Assembly (NCBI RefSeq): GCF_964355755.1
Contig: NC_092675.1
Coordinates: 8,117,812 to 8,181,811 of the forward strand
Length of the DNA stretch: 64,000 bases
Reading direction: 5' to 3'
Source of the DNA: Antedon mediterranea
Lineage: Eukaryota; Animalia; Echinodermata
The notes beneath the pieces were generated by a model. It was not told the origin of the DNA. It made no database searches and saw only the letters and a program-made list of their open reading frames with translations. Within the stretch, counting starts at the first letter, position 1; every line of letters starts with the position of its first letter. Position numbers and translations under genes: made by a program. This document shows positions 51,837-64,000 of this stretch, one piece after another.

Positions 51837-54800
51837 TCAAGTTCAAGTTCAAGTTCAAATTTATTGTCAAATACACAGTAAATGAAATTTGCCTTCCAAG
51901 GTTGAAATTACAATAAAAATAACAACAGTTAAAAACATACAATACTATACAATGGATAAGATAATATATAAGAAAATATGCTATGTATAAAACATTATGA
52001 ACAGTATAAATATTAAAATACTATATAAAGAATAAAATATAAAACGTCTCAAGTTATCTTTTAAATTGCTTGTTGTATTGCTTGATTGCACACGGAAGAA
52101 ATGATTTATTATGACGCTCAGTCTTCTTAATTGAAGGAATCATCCTTCCGGATCTACTGAAATTTATAAAGTTAAAAAGAGGATGAGACTGGTCGTTAAT
52201 TATACATTTTAGTTTTTTCTCCATAACCTTATCGCATATATCATGGATAGATGGGACGTTTGCACCTATTACCTTCTTAGCCATTTTGATTATTCTCTGT
52301 AATTTATTTGAGTTATTCTTAGATAAACTATTTAGCCATACAATACAGCAAAATGTTAATATGGACTGTATCATAGCCTGATGGAATAGAGACAGCGCAT
52401 CTCTGCCAATCTTAAAGTTTCTTAATTTCCTTAAGAAGTACAATCTTTGGTTTGCCTTCGCATAGACTTTGGCAGTGTTGGCGTTCCATGAAAGTTTTTC
52501 ATCTATCCATACTCCTAAATATTTATGTTCACTAGTTGTGCGGACATCATTATCTTTGATATTTAAAGGTATAAGTTGCCTCTTAATTTTACGAAAGTCA
52601 AACACAATTTCCTTTGTTTTATTTACATTAATACTTAGACAGTTCATATCACACCAGTTAATTATATTATTAACTTCAGTTCTATACGTGCTCTCATCAT
52701 TGTTTACAATTAAGCCTGTGATACAGGTGTCATCAGCAAATTTAACTATTTGACATGATTCACTTCTAAGGTCGCTTGTATATAATGTGAACAACAATGG
52801 AGATAACACGCATCCCTGTGGGGCACCGGTGTTTGAAACAATGATATCAGACAAAACATTATCAATTCTAACACGCTGGGTTCTGTTTTTCAAGAAATCT
52901 CTGATCCATAGACAAACAAAAGGATTAACATTCATACTAACTAATTTATCAAGAAGTATGTTTGGTTTCATTGAATTGAAAGCCGAAGAAAAATCTAAAA
53001 ATAACGTCCTTACATATTGCCTAGGTTTATCCAAAGTTTCATAGATTGGATGCAAGAGGGTAGTTATTGCATCGTCGACACCTCTATTACTACAGTATGC
53101 AAACTGATTATTATCAACAAAAGGCAACGTTTCTTTAATCAATACATCTTTAAATAGCCTCTCAAAGCACTTTGTAATAATTTGGGTTAGAGCAACAGGA
53201 CGATAATCATTTAATATTTTCGGCTTAGGTACTTTATTTATTGGGGCTATTATTGAATACTTCCACATGCATGGGACACAAGAAGAGCTTAACGACCAGT
53301 TAAATAATCTACAAAAGATAGGCGCAAGTTGTTTATAGCATGACTTTAAAATATTGCCAGTTAGTTTATCTGACCCAGCTGCTTTATTTGGCTTAACACC
53401 CTTAAATACTTTCTCAACTGAAAGCAGATCAAATTCAGGTACATCAGATTTGGTTGTATTTAACTCTAGGTTCAGTTTAACATCATTATCATTAGTATTA
53501 TTAATTTGGTCATCATTATCAAATCTGTTAAAAAATATATTCAGTTTATTTGCAAAGTCCAATGGGCGGGATCCGGATGGAACTATTGTTGTGTTCTGCC
53601 TTTTTGCGTTTCCAATAACTTTCTTTAATCCATTCCATGCTTGCTTGGGGTTACCGCTATCAAAATCATTCTTTATTTTCTCTCCAAATTTGCGTTTGGC
53701 ATCATTAATTCGCTTTTTCATTAACTTCTGAATACGCTTCTTTTCCATAACATCATTATTGCGGACAGCTTGTTGTTTTTGCTGTAAAAGTTCTCGGATA
53801 TCCTTAGTGACCCATGGTTTACTATTTGGATAAATTTTTATTTCCTTCTTTTTAATGATGCTAGACTCACAAAAATTAATATATTCAACAATTGTTTCCA
53901 TAGTGGCGTCAATAGAATCTGTATTCATAAACACATCCCAATTCGTAGCTTCAAGACATCCTTTAAATTCCTCCATACTATCATTTGTCCACACTTTGAT
54001 TTCCTTGACCATTGGTTTACTTTGTTTTAACTTTTGTTTATAAGCTGGTATTAAATGAATCATCTTGTGATCTGATTTACCAAGACCTGCCTTAGGCGAC
54101 GACTTGTACGCGTTCTTTATGTTGCCGTAACAACAATCAAGTATTTTGTCACCGCGTGTGGGAAAGTCTACGTACTGATAGTAATTCGAAACCTTCTTGA
54201 GGTCGCACGAGTTAAAGTCACCAGTGACTAACTTAACAGCATCAGGGGATTCTGTGTCCAGCTCACTTAATATGGTTTGAATGTCAGATGCAGCTACTTT
54301 CATATCAGCTCTCGGGTGGATGTAGACTACTGTGACAAAAATGTTATTGAACTCGCGAGGAAAATAAAATGGACGAAGCGAAACAGTAATGAGTTCATAG
54401 TTAGTAGTACACCGCCGATATTTCACCGTAACATTGTTGCACCATAGACTGTTGACAAAAACGCAAACACCGCCTCCAATGGATTTTCCAGAGTCTAGTG
54501 TTCGGTCAGACCTTTCACATGAGAATCCATCGATGTTTGTATCAAACTCAGAATCAGTATCTGTAAACCATGTCTCAGACATACATATCAAATTTGCATC
54601 ACGATAATCCTTGAGATAAAGGGTGCATGCTTTCAACTCATCCAGTTTATTGCGGAGTGATTGAGCATTCCCTGTTAGTATAGAGGGTAGCGGAGCAGAA
54701 AACTTACGGCGTTTAAGTCTAGCTTTAAGACCACCTCTTCTCCCTCGTTTCCTATTTTTGATCTGCGCTCCTAACGTGTCAGTGTCAGTGGCACTAGGCC

Positions 54801-55094
54801 TAGATCTACGTTGCACGCCGGGTAACGCAGGTCGGAGTTGAATGAGCTCCTCGCGGCTATACGTGATGTAGCGGGGTGGGTAACTCGGCCTAGGTGGTAC
54901 CGTCGACAAACAACTACCAATTCCATCGAAAACCAACAGAAACCAGAGCTCGAAACACGATATAACTATACTTAGATACATAATGAAAGTAAAAATAAGG
55001 CAACTGGATACAAAAATATCACCGAAACAACAAATTTAAGACGATATAACAAGACAATTTCCGAACCTTGGTGGTCGCCCTCAGTGTAGCGCCC
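51837..55094 (-). mobile_element. Apparently full-length Rex-Babar-like LINE inserted in a Helitron
   Basis: AATAAA plus a (TTGAAC)n 3' tail. The Helitron sequence AATAGGGGT|GTTT is split at this point. Confidence 0.8.
52054..54981 (-). CDS. Intact LINE APE endonuclease-reverse transcriptase (975 aa)
   Basis: GNAQSL, SETW, GGGVC, GDFN, SDH; YRPVALT, DFSSAFN, GAPQGCVLSPLLFTLYT, FADD, QRLYFLRKLR. No stops. Confidence 0.92.
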   Translation of the reverse strand: MYLSIVISCFELWFLLVFDGIGSCLSTVPPRPSYPPRYITYSREELIQLRPALPGVQRRSRPSATDTDTLGAQIKNRKRGRRGGLKARLKRRKFSAPLPSILTGNAQSLRNKLDELKACTLYLKDYRDANLICMSETWFTDTDSEFDTNIDGFSCERSDRTLDSGKSIGGGVCVFVNSLWCNNVTVKYRRCTTNYELITVSLRPFYFPREFNNIFVTVVYIHPRADMKVAASDIQTILSELDTESPDAVKLVTGDFNSCDLKKVSNYYQYVDFPTRGDKILDCCYGNIKNAYKSSPKAGLGKSDHKMIHLIPAYKQKLKQSKPMVKEIKVWTNDSMEEFKGCLEATNWDVFMNTDSIDATMETIVEYINFCESSIIKKKEIKIYPNSKPWVTKDIRELLQQKQQAVRNNDVMEKKRIQKLMKKRINDAKRKFGEKIKNDFDSGNPKQAWNGLKKVIGNAKRQNTTIVPSGSRPLDFANKLNIFFNRFDNDDQINNTNDNDVKLNLELNTTKSDVPEFDLLSVEKVFKGVKPNKAAGSDKLTGNILKSCYKQLAPIFCRLFNWSLSSSCVPCMWKYSIIAPINKVPKPKILNDYRPVALTQIITKCFERLFKDVLIKETLPFVDNNQFAYCSNRGVDDAITTLLHPIYETLDKPRQYVRTLFLDFSSAFNSMKPNILLDKLVSMNVNPFVCLWIRDFLKNRTQRVRIDNVLSDIIVSNTGAPQGCVLSPLLFTLYTSDLRSESCQIVKFADDTCITGLIVNNDESTYRTEVNNIINWCDMNCLSINVNKTKEIVFDFRKIKRQLIPLNIKDNDVRTTSEHKYLGVWIDEKLSWNANTAKVYAKANQRLYFLRKLRNFKIGRDALSLFHQAMIQSILTFCCIVWLNSLSKNNSNKLQRIIKMAKKVIGANVPSIHDICDKVMEKKLKCIINDQSHPLFNFINFSRSGRMIPSIKKTERHNKSFLPCAIKQYNKQFKR

Positions 55095-57663
55095 GGTGTT
55101 TCGTGGTCGTGGTATGCACTGTCTAATGGATGTCCAACTTGAAAAATACCCACAGACAATAATGCGAGGATGCTTCGCATTTTCCTATCTCTTCCTACGA
55201 TAATTGTTTTTAATAGCTGAAAACCGGTTGAACAGCTCGAGTACAGCATCATAATGTTGAAGACAGGCCGATTTTCTTTGAAAAATACTATTTTGATAGA
55301 TTTAATATACGTTTATACAAATGTTTTGATCTGCGATAAATGGAACATTACAATCTCTTCTGTTCCACAAGTGTCTATTCCCTCAGGCGTCGTAAAGACA
55401 AGTACAGTCATAACAGAAATTCGATACATTTTTTTCCAATCTGTGGAATCTTTTTTTTAACGCATAATGAGCTAGCCTTTCCAGTCGCCGTCTATTATAT
55501 ACAATCAACTTTATTATTGCAGCTAAACCACCACCAACACCACCACCCTTCCCTCACTGGCATGAGTAGCGTTGTAGAGCCAGTAGAGGACAGCCCTACA
55601 GTACGAAGGATCAGTACATGCCCTAAACGCAGAACAACTTTGGTGGTTAGAAAACAACTTAAGTATGAATTGGCTCTATGAAACAATTGACCATTAGGCC
55701 TACTAATTAATTTGTGAGTTATATAATTATTTATTGACGATTGAAGCGAATTTACGATTTGCCCCGAATAGAGGTGTTTACTTTATTACTGACAGTTCCT
55801 TCTGAACGTTTGTAATAATGTAACTTCAAAAAAATATAAACGTCGTATTAGTGATGTATCGTTACATGTACTGTACTATTTCAATCGACTATGACGGTGA
55901 CAGTTTCAACAAAGTATTAAATCGCAATGTTTTACTGTGTTTAGTGGTATATTATTTGTAAAACATGAAAACAATTAATATTTCGTTACTAAATCGATAA
56001 AGAATATATTTAAAAATTGTTCGTCTTTGCACCCATCCTCTTCCCCATCCCTCAACCCTAATGTTAGTACAAAACACAAATTCAGTTTGTTTCTTATTTT
56101 GTGACAAGTTTCTTTTAGTAAGTAATTCACAGGGTGCTAATTTTAGTTGAGTACATAAATCACCGTGTCTATTTATTCGTTCCTGTAAACGACATGTATT
56201 ATTGTCCTGCATGTACATATTTGAAGTCGCCAGTTTTTTTAACGCTGAAATTACTATGTATTCGAGAACCATCTGTGGGCACGACCTAGATGGTACGCGA
56301 GCGAAGAGAGCGTACCACCATCTAGTCATATATAAATTTATGTACGGGCAAAATTCGATAAATCGAGATTAATTTCCAGAAGTTTTACTCGATGGTATAT
56401 AAAGTTGGTTCATACTTTCGGTACTGATTTTAACCACCTGATGTAACCCTGTTTACTAATTAAATTGAGTTAGATAATTAGTTATTGAAGATTAAAACGA
56501 ATTTAGGTTCAACGATTTGCACAAAATATAAATTTATGTAAGGGCAAAATTCGATAAATTGAGGTTAATTTCCAGAATTTTTACTCGATGGTATATAAAG
56601 TTGGTTCATACTTTCGGTACTGATTTTAACCACCTGATGTAACCCTGTTTACTAATTAAATTGAGTTAGATAATTAGTTATTGACGATTAAAACGAATTT
56701 AGGTTCAACGATTTGCACCAAATAGGGGTGTTTTCCGATCGTGGTATACACTGTCTAATGGATGTCCATCTTGAAAAATACCCGCCACAAAAATGCGAGG
56801 AGGCTTCGCATTTTCCTATCTCCTCCTACGATAATTGTTTTTAATAGCTGAAAACCGGTTGAACAGCTCGAGTACAGCATCATAATGTTGAAGACAGGCC
56901 GATTTTCTTAAAAAAATACCATTTTGATATACAATATACATTTATACAACTGTTTTGATCTGTGATAAATAGAACATTCCAATCTCTGTTCCACAAGTGT
57001 CTATTCCCTCAGGCGTCGTAAAGATAAGTACTGTACAGGCATAACAGAAATTCGATCCATTTTATCCAATCTGTGCTGCAGAGGTTGGATATAGGTATTT
57101 TTTTAACGGATAATGAGCTAGCCTTTCCAGTCGCCATCTATTATGTACATTGATTGATGGAAAGTGCCTGTTTCCAGTCACCTTTAGGGTCAAATCTATT
57201 ATTTTAACTGCTCCCTTGTGTATAAAAGAGAGAAAATAGTGACTTATAAGTTTTACTGCATGTCCTATTATTAACAAAACTGACACCAGTTTTTTACACC
57301 AATAGACAATCAGATGGGCAGGAATTTGGCTTGGTAGGGATCTACATCTGAATATTGTAGCAGAGAGATATAATTATAGTTCACTATATCTTTTGATTAT
57401 AGATACCTGAAATAACTTTAGTTAGGAGTTGAATGGAATACAAAGATTATAAAGTGTTATTAAAAGTCATAATCAATCAAATATATTATATATTTATATA
57501 TAATTATAGATAAACAGGTTGTTTATTTATTATTATTAATCCCATTGGGGCTACTAGTGACCTACATGGGGGTACTGTACAGTACAGCCACAGGACAATT
57601 AACATTCTTGGTTTGGTGACCAGTGAATACACTTGCTTTTAGCACAGTTCAGATAAAATCAGA

Positions 57664-57798
57664 ATGGCAAAATTAAAATTGTCTACAGAACTAATTGATT
57701 ATTATCGGGAAGAAGAAGAAGTGTTATGGAATATTCTGATGCCAGAATATAAGGACAGAGATAAACGAAAAGCGGCGTTAAATAAGAATAGAAAATAA
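57664..57798 (+). pseudogene. MADF/Myb-SANT-like fragment captured inside a Helitron
   Basis: MAKLKLSTELIDYYREEEEVLWNILMPEYKDRDKRKAALNK* fits the MADF pattern LI..YR....LW......YKDR..R. Confidence 0.55.
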
Positions 57799-60700
57799 CC
57801 CTAAACCAACTTAAATATGAATTGGCTCTAATCTAAGAAACAATTCAAAACCATTAGACCTACTTATTAAATTAAGTTAGATAATTATTTATTGAGGATT
57901 AAAGCGAATTTACGATTTTCCCCGAATATAGATGTTTACTTTATTACTGACAGTTCCTTCTGAACGTTAATATTAATTAATAATCTAATTACTGTACAAA
58001 AAAATATAAACGTCGTATTAGTGATGTATCGTTATATGTACTGTACTATTTCAATCGACTATATGGTGACAGTTTCAACAAAGTATTAAAAAGCAATGTT
58101 TTACTGTGTTTAGTCATGGATGTATAAATACCTCCATGGTTTAGTCAGGGAGTTGTTAATCTAATAACAACTCCCTGGTTTAGTGGTATATTATTTGTAA
58201 AACATGAAAACAATTAATATTTCGTTACTAAATGGATAAAGAATATATTTAAAAATTGTTTGTCGTTGCACCCATCCTCTTCCCTATCCCTCAACCCTCA
58301 TGTTGCATACAAAACACAAATTCAGTTTGTTTCAAAACAATTGGTCTTATTTTGTGACAAGTTTCTCTTTCGGAAGTAATTCCCAGGGTGCTAATTTTAG
58401 TTGAGTACATAAATCACCGTGTCTATTTATTCGTTCATGTAAACGACATGTATTATTGTCTTGCATGTACATTTGAAGTCGCCAATTTTTTAACGCTGAA
58501 ATTACTATGTATTCGAGAACCACTGTGGGCATGACCTAGATGGTACGCGAGCGAAACGAGCGTACCATCTAGTCTATATATAAATTTACGTAAGGGCAAA
58601 ATTCGGTAAATCGCACGTTACTTCTAGAATGTTTACTCGATGGTATATAAAGTTGGTTCGTACTTTTGGTACTGATTTTAACCACCTGATGTAACCCTGT
58701 TTACTAATTAAATTGAGTTAGATAATTAGTTATTGACGATTAAAACGAATTTAGGTTCAACGATTTGCCCCAAATAGGGGTGTTTTCCGATCGTGGTATA
58801 CACTGTCTAATGGATGTCCATCTTGAAAAATACCCGCCACAAAAATGCGAGGAGGCTTCGCATTTTCCTATCTCCTCCTACGATAATTGTTTATTTTCTT
58901 TAAAAAGATACTATTTTGATAGATTTAATATACGATTATTAATGTATTGATTGCGATAAATGGAACATCCCAATCTCTCAGTCTGCCAGAGTTTGGTTTA
59001 ACACAAGTAGGTAAATTTATGAGCCCATGGTTTAACACATACGGTAGGTAAATATATGGGCCCTTTGAGAATAAACTTGAACAATACTATAAATACTTAT
59101 TACCTATTTTTGTCGGGAAATGTATAAAACAAGAAATATTTCTTACAAAAAACGCTGCTCGCTTATTGAAAAATATTTTTTATTTCAATTGTTTTTGAAT
59201 GTGTCGTTTTATTGTCACATAATAGTTATTTTACCTGAAAAAATGTAATTTAAAGCAACAAATACTTAAATTGTCTGTCAGACAATGGTTTTTGGGTTTC
59301 TTTTCTTTTTTTATGTGAATAAATATTATTTTTTTGTTACAGAAGTTAATACTCAATTTCTGTCACTTTAGTTAATTCTATTGCTAAGGTCAAATCTTGG
59401 GGTCATTTCATCACCCTAGATATTTCAATTGTGAAGTATCCTATTACAAACACAAACTTTAATGGACTGTTTCGATAATAATTCAATGAATATCTGACAG
59501 TGAATATACCAGAAATGCTTAGGGATTTGTAATTTTAGCGTGACATGTCCTAATAGACTCTTTCCCAGACGTTTTGTGGGTCTACTGTAGCAGCTGGAAT
59601 CAATAAATCATAGTGGAGTTTCCATTTTCACAAAACTGTCTGTCCTTAGAACTATAACTGCTGCTTGCTTTAGCTTCTGATTGAGTAGTCCTAATGGGAC
59701 GTAGCGGGTTAGAGCAGCAGCGTGAAAAATTGTTTAAGGAAATTGTAACATATAGAAACTAATTTTGTCAAGAAATGTGTACGATAAATTTATTTGTGTC
59801 GAGAAATTTACAACATAAAATTATAATTTGTCAAAAAATGTACGGAACCGAATGCAATTTTTAATCCTTAGTATAGTGAAGAGATTTTATAAAAAAAAAG
59901 TGTCTTCGTGATGATATGAAGGACTGAACGGAAATTAATGATTGCAGATTAGACATATAGAAATGATTTGAAATTGGAAATCCACATGATCAAATAAAAG
60001 AAATACACCGTTCCGACAGAAGCTAATGACAATTACAAGAGATGACACAGTGTGCATATAGTAAATACCGAGTAACATAATTAAGTTTTGTCAAGAAAAT
60101 TTCAAAAACAAAAAATAATAATAATAATTAAATGTACTACACTGAATTTACTTTGTACGTTTATTTAATTTAGGCCTAATTAGGTTTGTTGTTTATTTAT
60201 AATTGTAAAAAAAAACATACGATTAAAACAACTGTAAACAAATAATGATTCATAACAATAATTTTGTAAAGAAATTTGTTACATACAATTATATTGCAAA
60301 TAATTAGTTGCATAAATTAATTTTATCAAACGTATGTAACATAAAGAATTATGTTGTTAAAAAAAAATAGTTTGTAATTCTGTTTATTTGCTCAGTAGTT
60401 CGTTTAAGTTTTTAAGTATTATTTGTGTAGGCCTAATATTCTTGTAAATAAGAAAACATTTTTTTAACCTTTGTAATTATTTTGTAAATATCATTTGTGT
60501 AATTTTTTTTTTGTAATTAATATAATTTATTTATACTTTTTGCGCCGAAATAATTGAAATTAAATATCATTATTTGCTTATAAATTTAATTGTGATTATA
60601 GATTTTATCTTTATTTAGGATGTCGATTAATCAGAATCAGAAACTTGTCACATAAGAAACAAAAATTGTCATGAAATTCATTGCATAAATGATTTATCAA

Positions 60701-61099
60701 GTATCTTTTTAAATAAATTTTATTTTATCTTTAAATTTGATATATAAAAACATGTCAAGATACTTTTATATATATAAAAAAATCAGGCATATCAAGCAGA
60801 AGGTCCGAGTTCGAGTCTCGGACTTTTTCTCATTCTCACAGATTTCCTCATCTTTAACGTTTCAAATTAATTAATTAAATGTCAGTATATCACCGGGCGG
60901 TTTAGAATTACCTTTCTTTGCCTGATATGTTTTCTCTTCGGATATCCCGCCTCGTGAATAAAAATACTGAAAAAATGAGGGCGTATCAAGTTTATCTCTG
61001 GTGCGCGTGCGTACAAATAAGGACTAGTGCTGTTCCCCCGAACCACGCCGAGAATGTAAAAGAGTCGCTATCAAATCGAGTTTGAACAATACCATGAAA

Positions 61100-61222
61100 G
61101 CCCCAGTGGTCTAATGGTTAGGACAACTGCATATCAAGCAGAAGTTCCGAGTTCGAATCATGGTTGGGGTGACTTTTTCTCATTCTCACAGATTTCCTCA
61201 TCTTTATCGTTTCAAATTAATT
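61100..61222 (+). mobile_element. tRNA-derived SINE or tRNA pseudogene; partial second copy at about 60787-60872
   Basis: A box TGGTCTAATGG and B box GTTCGAATC. The same non-tRNA tail GACTTTTTCTCATTCTCACAGATTTCCTC follows both copies. Confidence 0.6.
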
Positions 61223-61993
61223 ATATATATAATATATATATAAAGTCAAATTACTGAAAAATTGACAATGATGTGGATATCAGTGGCTGGATCACAATGG
61301 AGATACACAAAAAAATAAGCGAAAACCTAAATCAAAACGATAAAGTAAAACAGCCAGAAATATTAGCAGAGCTTTCAGGCAACACTAGCCCTTCATCATC
61401 AATGGCCTATTGTACGCAATAATAATGCTAATCATAATATCACACGATATATTGTATTGTATTGTATTGTATATTGTATAAATATTGTTGGAAAGTTTCC
61501 AAACTTGCAAATAACTATTCATTATTATTCGTTATATAGATGTATTGGTCAGGAGTTTTTTTCCGTGATTTTGTCGTAATATTTTACCTGGAAACCCATA
61601 TTGTACCCAGATAGTTGGTCATTTACTTCAAAACATATTTTGAAGACGAATTCTTACCAAAGAGCCTGATGCTATTCATTTGCTACCTTATTGTATAATT
61701 ACCTTTTACCTACTGTAATTAACATACTTAGTGACGCAAATAACGCAAGTAATATGTATAATGATACCATTAATACAATTCTTCACACTTAAATTCTTGC
61801 ATATGTCACATGTCTATCATTTTGGTTTTATATTTTTGCCACATATTGTGTTTGTAATACCTACCTGGAAACATAATAAAACGCCATTCACTCTACTAAA
61901 AGACGAATTGTTATAAAAGGAGCCGTTACTCTAGTATCGTACACATTGATAAGTTTGATTCTCTTGATAAGTGAACTACAACTTACAAACAAG

Positions 61994-62579
61994 ATGTTAC
62001 TCCTCAAGCACAGCCTGTTCTTTCTTTTTGTAGTTATCGGAGTTGCTCATGTCCAAGCATTCCCGACGTTGTTTTTTAGTTATATATATAATTTTAAATA
62101 AGCTAATGACCTTTTATATGAATGAATTAACACATTTTATTAGATTTCAAATCCACAAATTAGTTTAAAGAATGTTTTGCTTGAAGTGCAATTTGAATCA
62201 GTGATTTTGCAGGATCACTATAATTTTGTTGTGTTTTGGAAGGTTGTTCCTTGTTTTAAGAGTTTCCAATTGAGCTGGTAGCAGATCAATCCTAATAACA
62301 TTTAAAGAAATCAGTGTTTTTTTTAAAGGATTTTTTTTAACGTAGAACTATAATTGATAATAATGCTGTTGAAGTCTACCTGATAGTATTGTTCCTAGTA
62401 GTAGTTTATGATATGGTTATACATTTTCTTTAAATAATCGTGTCCATCAAACTTTGCTAATTTAGATATCAATGATTGTCTCCAGAACCCTTGCTTAAAC
62501 CAGGGAATGTGTATCGACGGTGTTAACACGTACGTCTGTTTATGTATGGCTGGATACACTGGTTTAAACTGTCAAACAG
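61994..62579 (+). pseudogene. EGF/CBM14 family copy E (paralog of copy A): SP exon without its donor; intact EGF exon 62466-62579
   Basis: About 61480-62848 duplicates about 6745-8108. The EGF exon INDCLQNPCLNQGMCIDGVNTYVCLCMAGYTGLNCQT is intact, but exon 1 shares the donor deletion. The gene may continue beyond the window. Confidence 0.65.
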
Positions 62580-64000
62580 GTATAGGTGTTATAATAATAG
62601 ATAACACAGTTCATTATAAAGATTGTGTGCAGTTTCTAAAGTGAGTGTATTTTACCTGAATTTGTGCATTTTACCGTCCTGATTTTTATATAATACCGAT
62701 TGTGTGCATTTTACCGACCTTGTACAATTTACCGACTGTGTGTTTTAAAGATTGTTTAATTAAATTTACTCATTGTGTGTATTCTACCAAGTGTGTGCAT
62801 TTTACCGATTGTGTACAGCTTTACTGGCTGTGTACACTTTTCCGACGTACCTCTCTTAAATTGGTGGACTGAATATTCAATCGATACGGTTGATTTTTCA
62901 ACTTTTGGCCGACTGTGAGTAGGGACAAATCGGATTGATTAAAATAACGATTGAGAATGTTTCAATCGATTCAAAGATTGAAAAATTTCAAACTAAGATG
63001 ATTGGAAAAATTATTTTTTCAACCAAAATCGATTGACTTTTTGTTTAAATACGATGCTTAAAAAAGATACGTTTCTTATATATATATTCCATTTTGATTT
63101 TATTGAACATAACAAATAACAGTATATTACAATAGTCAAGACACTGCTGTAGTCTTTGTCTTTCAGTATTATAATTATAAATTCAAAAACTATCTTATAT
63201 GCATTGGTGATATACCCTAATTCTTGGGAGGGCATCTACAAAGTTCACAAATATCATCCAGGAAAATATAGTGCAGCCTAAATAAAAGCCCAACCATGGC
63301 TTCTATAATGTGTCTGAATGAAAGTACATGTTGAGTTATGATTACCGTCCAATTGACAATAAATATGGCTGTCGGTATTGCAAATTTTTGTCCTGAATAC
63401 TCTTTTCTAACATCTGTTGCATCCTGTAAGAATAACAAAAAGCATAACAAACTGTTATTTATCATAAAATATTTGATAAATGTATGCATCTTTAGTAGTA
63501 GTACTGTACTATATTTATCATTGAAAATTTTTTATTTTTAATATGGTCTTAAAAAGCAACGGTGAATAGTTTTGCTATTCAATCAGAAAAGAGTATCATA
63601 TAAAACTCTTTTCTCTAATTTAAGTAAATTTTGACATTCGTAATTTTTAAAATGAAAATAAAAACTGTACTATTAATTATGCTTACATGGATATGTTGAA
63701 TGAACAAATTCACAGCTTCTGATTTGGTCCATGCTCTGTATAAGATTGGTCTAGTGCACAAAATAAATTATAAAACATTAATAATAGTAACACAAATAGT
63801 AAAAATAATAGGCTAGTTCAGAATCAGTCAAGCCACCAATAATTAGGCAATCTTTTTCTAGCATCAGGTCGGTATGTCGAGTAGTTTCTTCTAGGTTGGA
63901 AATATTTTTTAATCCAGTCCCTGTTCAGTTTTAAAGCTTAAAAAACACGAATATACACAATTGACATGTATAAATACATTACAGTGATTTAAATACAGAT

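Larger units (their letters stand above)
51662..59095 (+). mobile_element. Head-to-tail Helitron array: 51662-56325 (LINE-interrupted), 56326-58572 (5' ~200 bp duplicated), 58573-about 59095 (3'-truncated)
   Basis: Junctions CCATCTAG|TCATATATAAATTT (56325/56326) and CCATCTAG|TCTATATATAAATTT (58572/58573). Confidence 0.85.

Noticed and set aside
52469-54043. Plus-strand ORFs overlapping the LINE
   Set aside because: Antisense shadows of the RT ORF; the same applies to 46960-48761 and 3777-4376.
61100-61172. Functional tRNA gene
   Set aside because: Poor T-stem and acceptor pairing, and a non-tRNA tail shared with a second partial copy, point to a SINE or pseudogene.

Overview
AT-rich, intron-containing animal genomic DNA. 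It is not prokaryotic; a marine invertebrate, possibly an echinoderm-like deuterostome, is my inference. The ORF track mostly misses the real host genes because they are split into short exons. (1) There is a tandem family of secreted proteins with five copies of a shared promoter plus signal-peptide exon (ATG at 7249, 14225, 17223, 33828, 61994). Each is followed by a variable number of phase 1-1 Ca-binding EGF exons and terminal chitin-binding type-2 (CBM14/peritrophin-A) domains. One copy looks intact (33828-38876: SP + 2 EGF + 4 CBM14); the others are truncated or damaged. (2) There is an ALKBH2 pseudogene whose first intron is inflated to about 10 kb by two Academ-like TIR elements. The rest is a dense, nested transposon landscape: five LINE lineages (one Rex-Babar-like element with an intact 975-aa ORF), non-autonomous Helitrons including a head-to-tail array with captured DNA, Helentron/DINE-like HINEs, Kolobok-like and other TIR elements, a Penelope-like remnant with hammerhead-like repeats, LTR remnants, a Polinton polymerase fragment and SINEs. 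Comparing duplicated segments also shows recurrent micro-insertions that look like DNA-transposon excision footprints. All family assignments come from motif recognition by eye; no database search was run.
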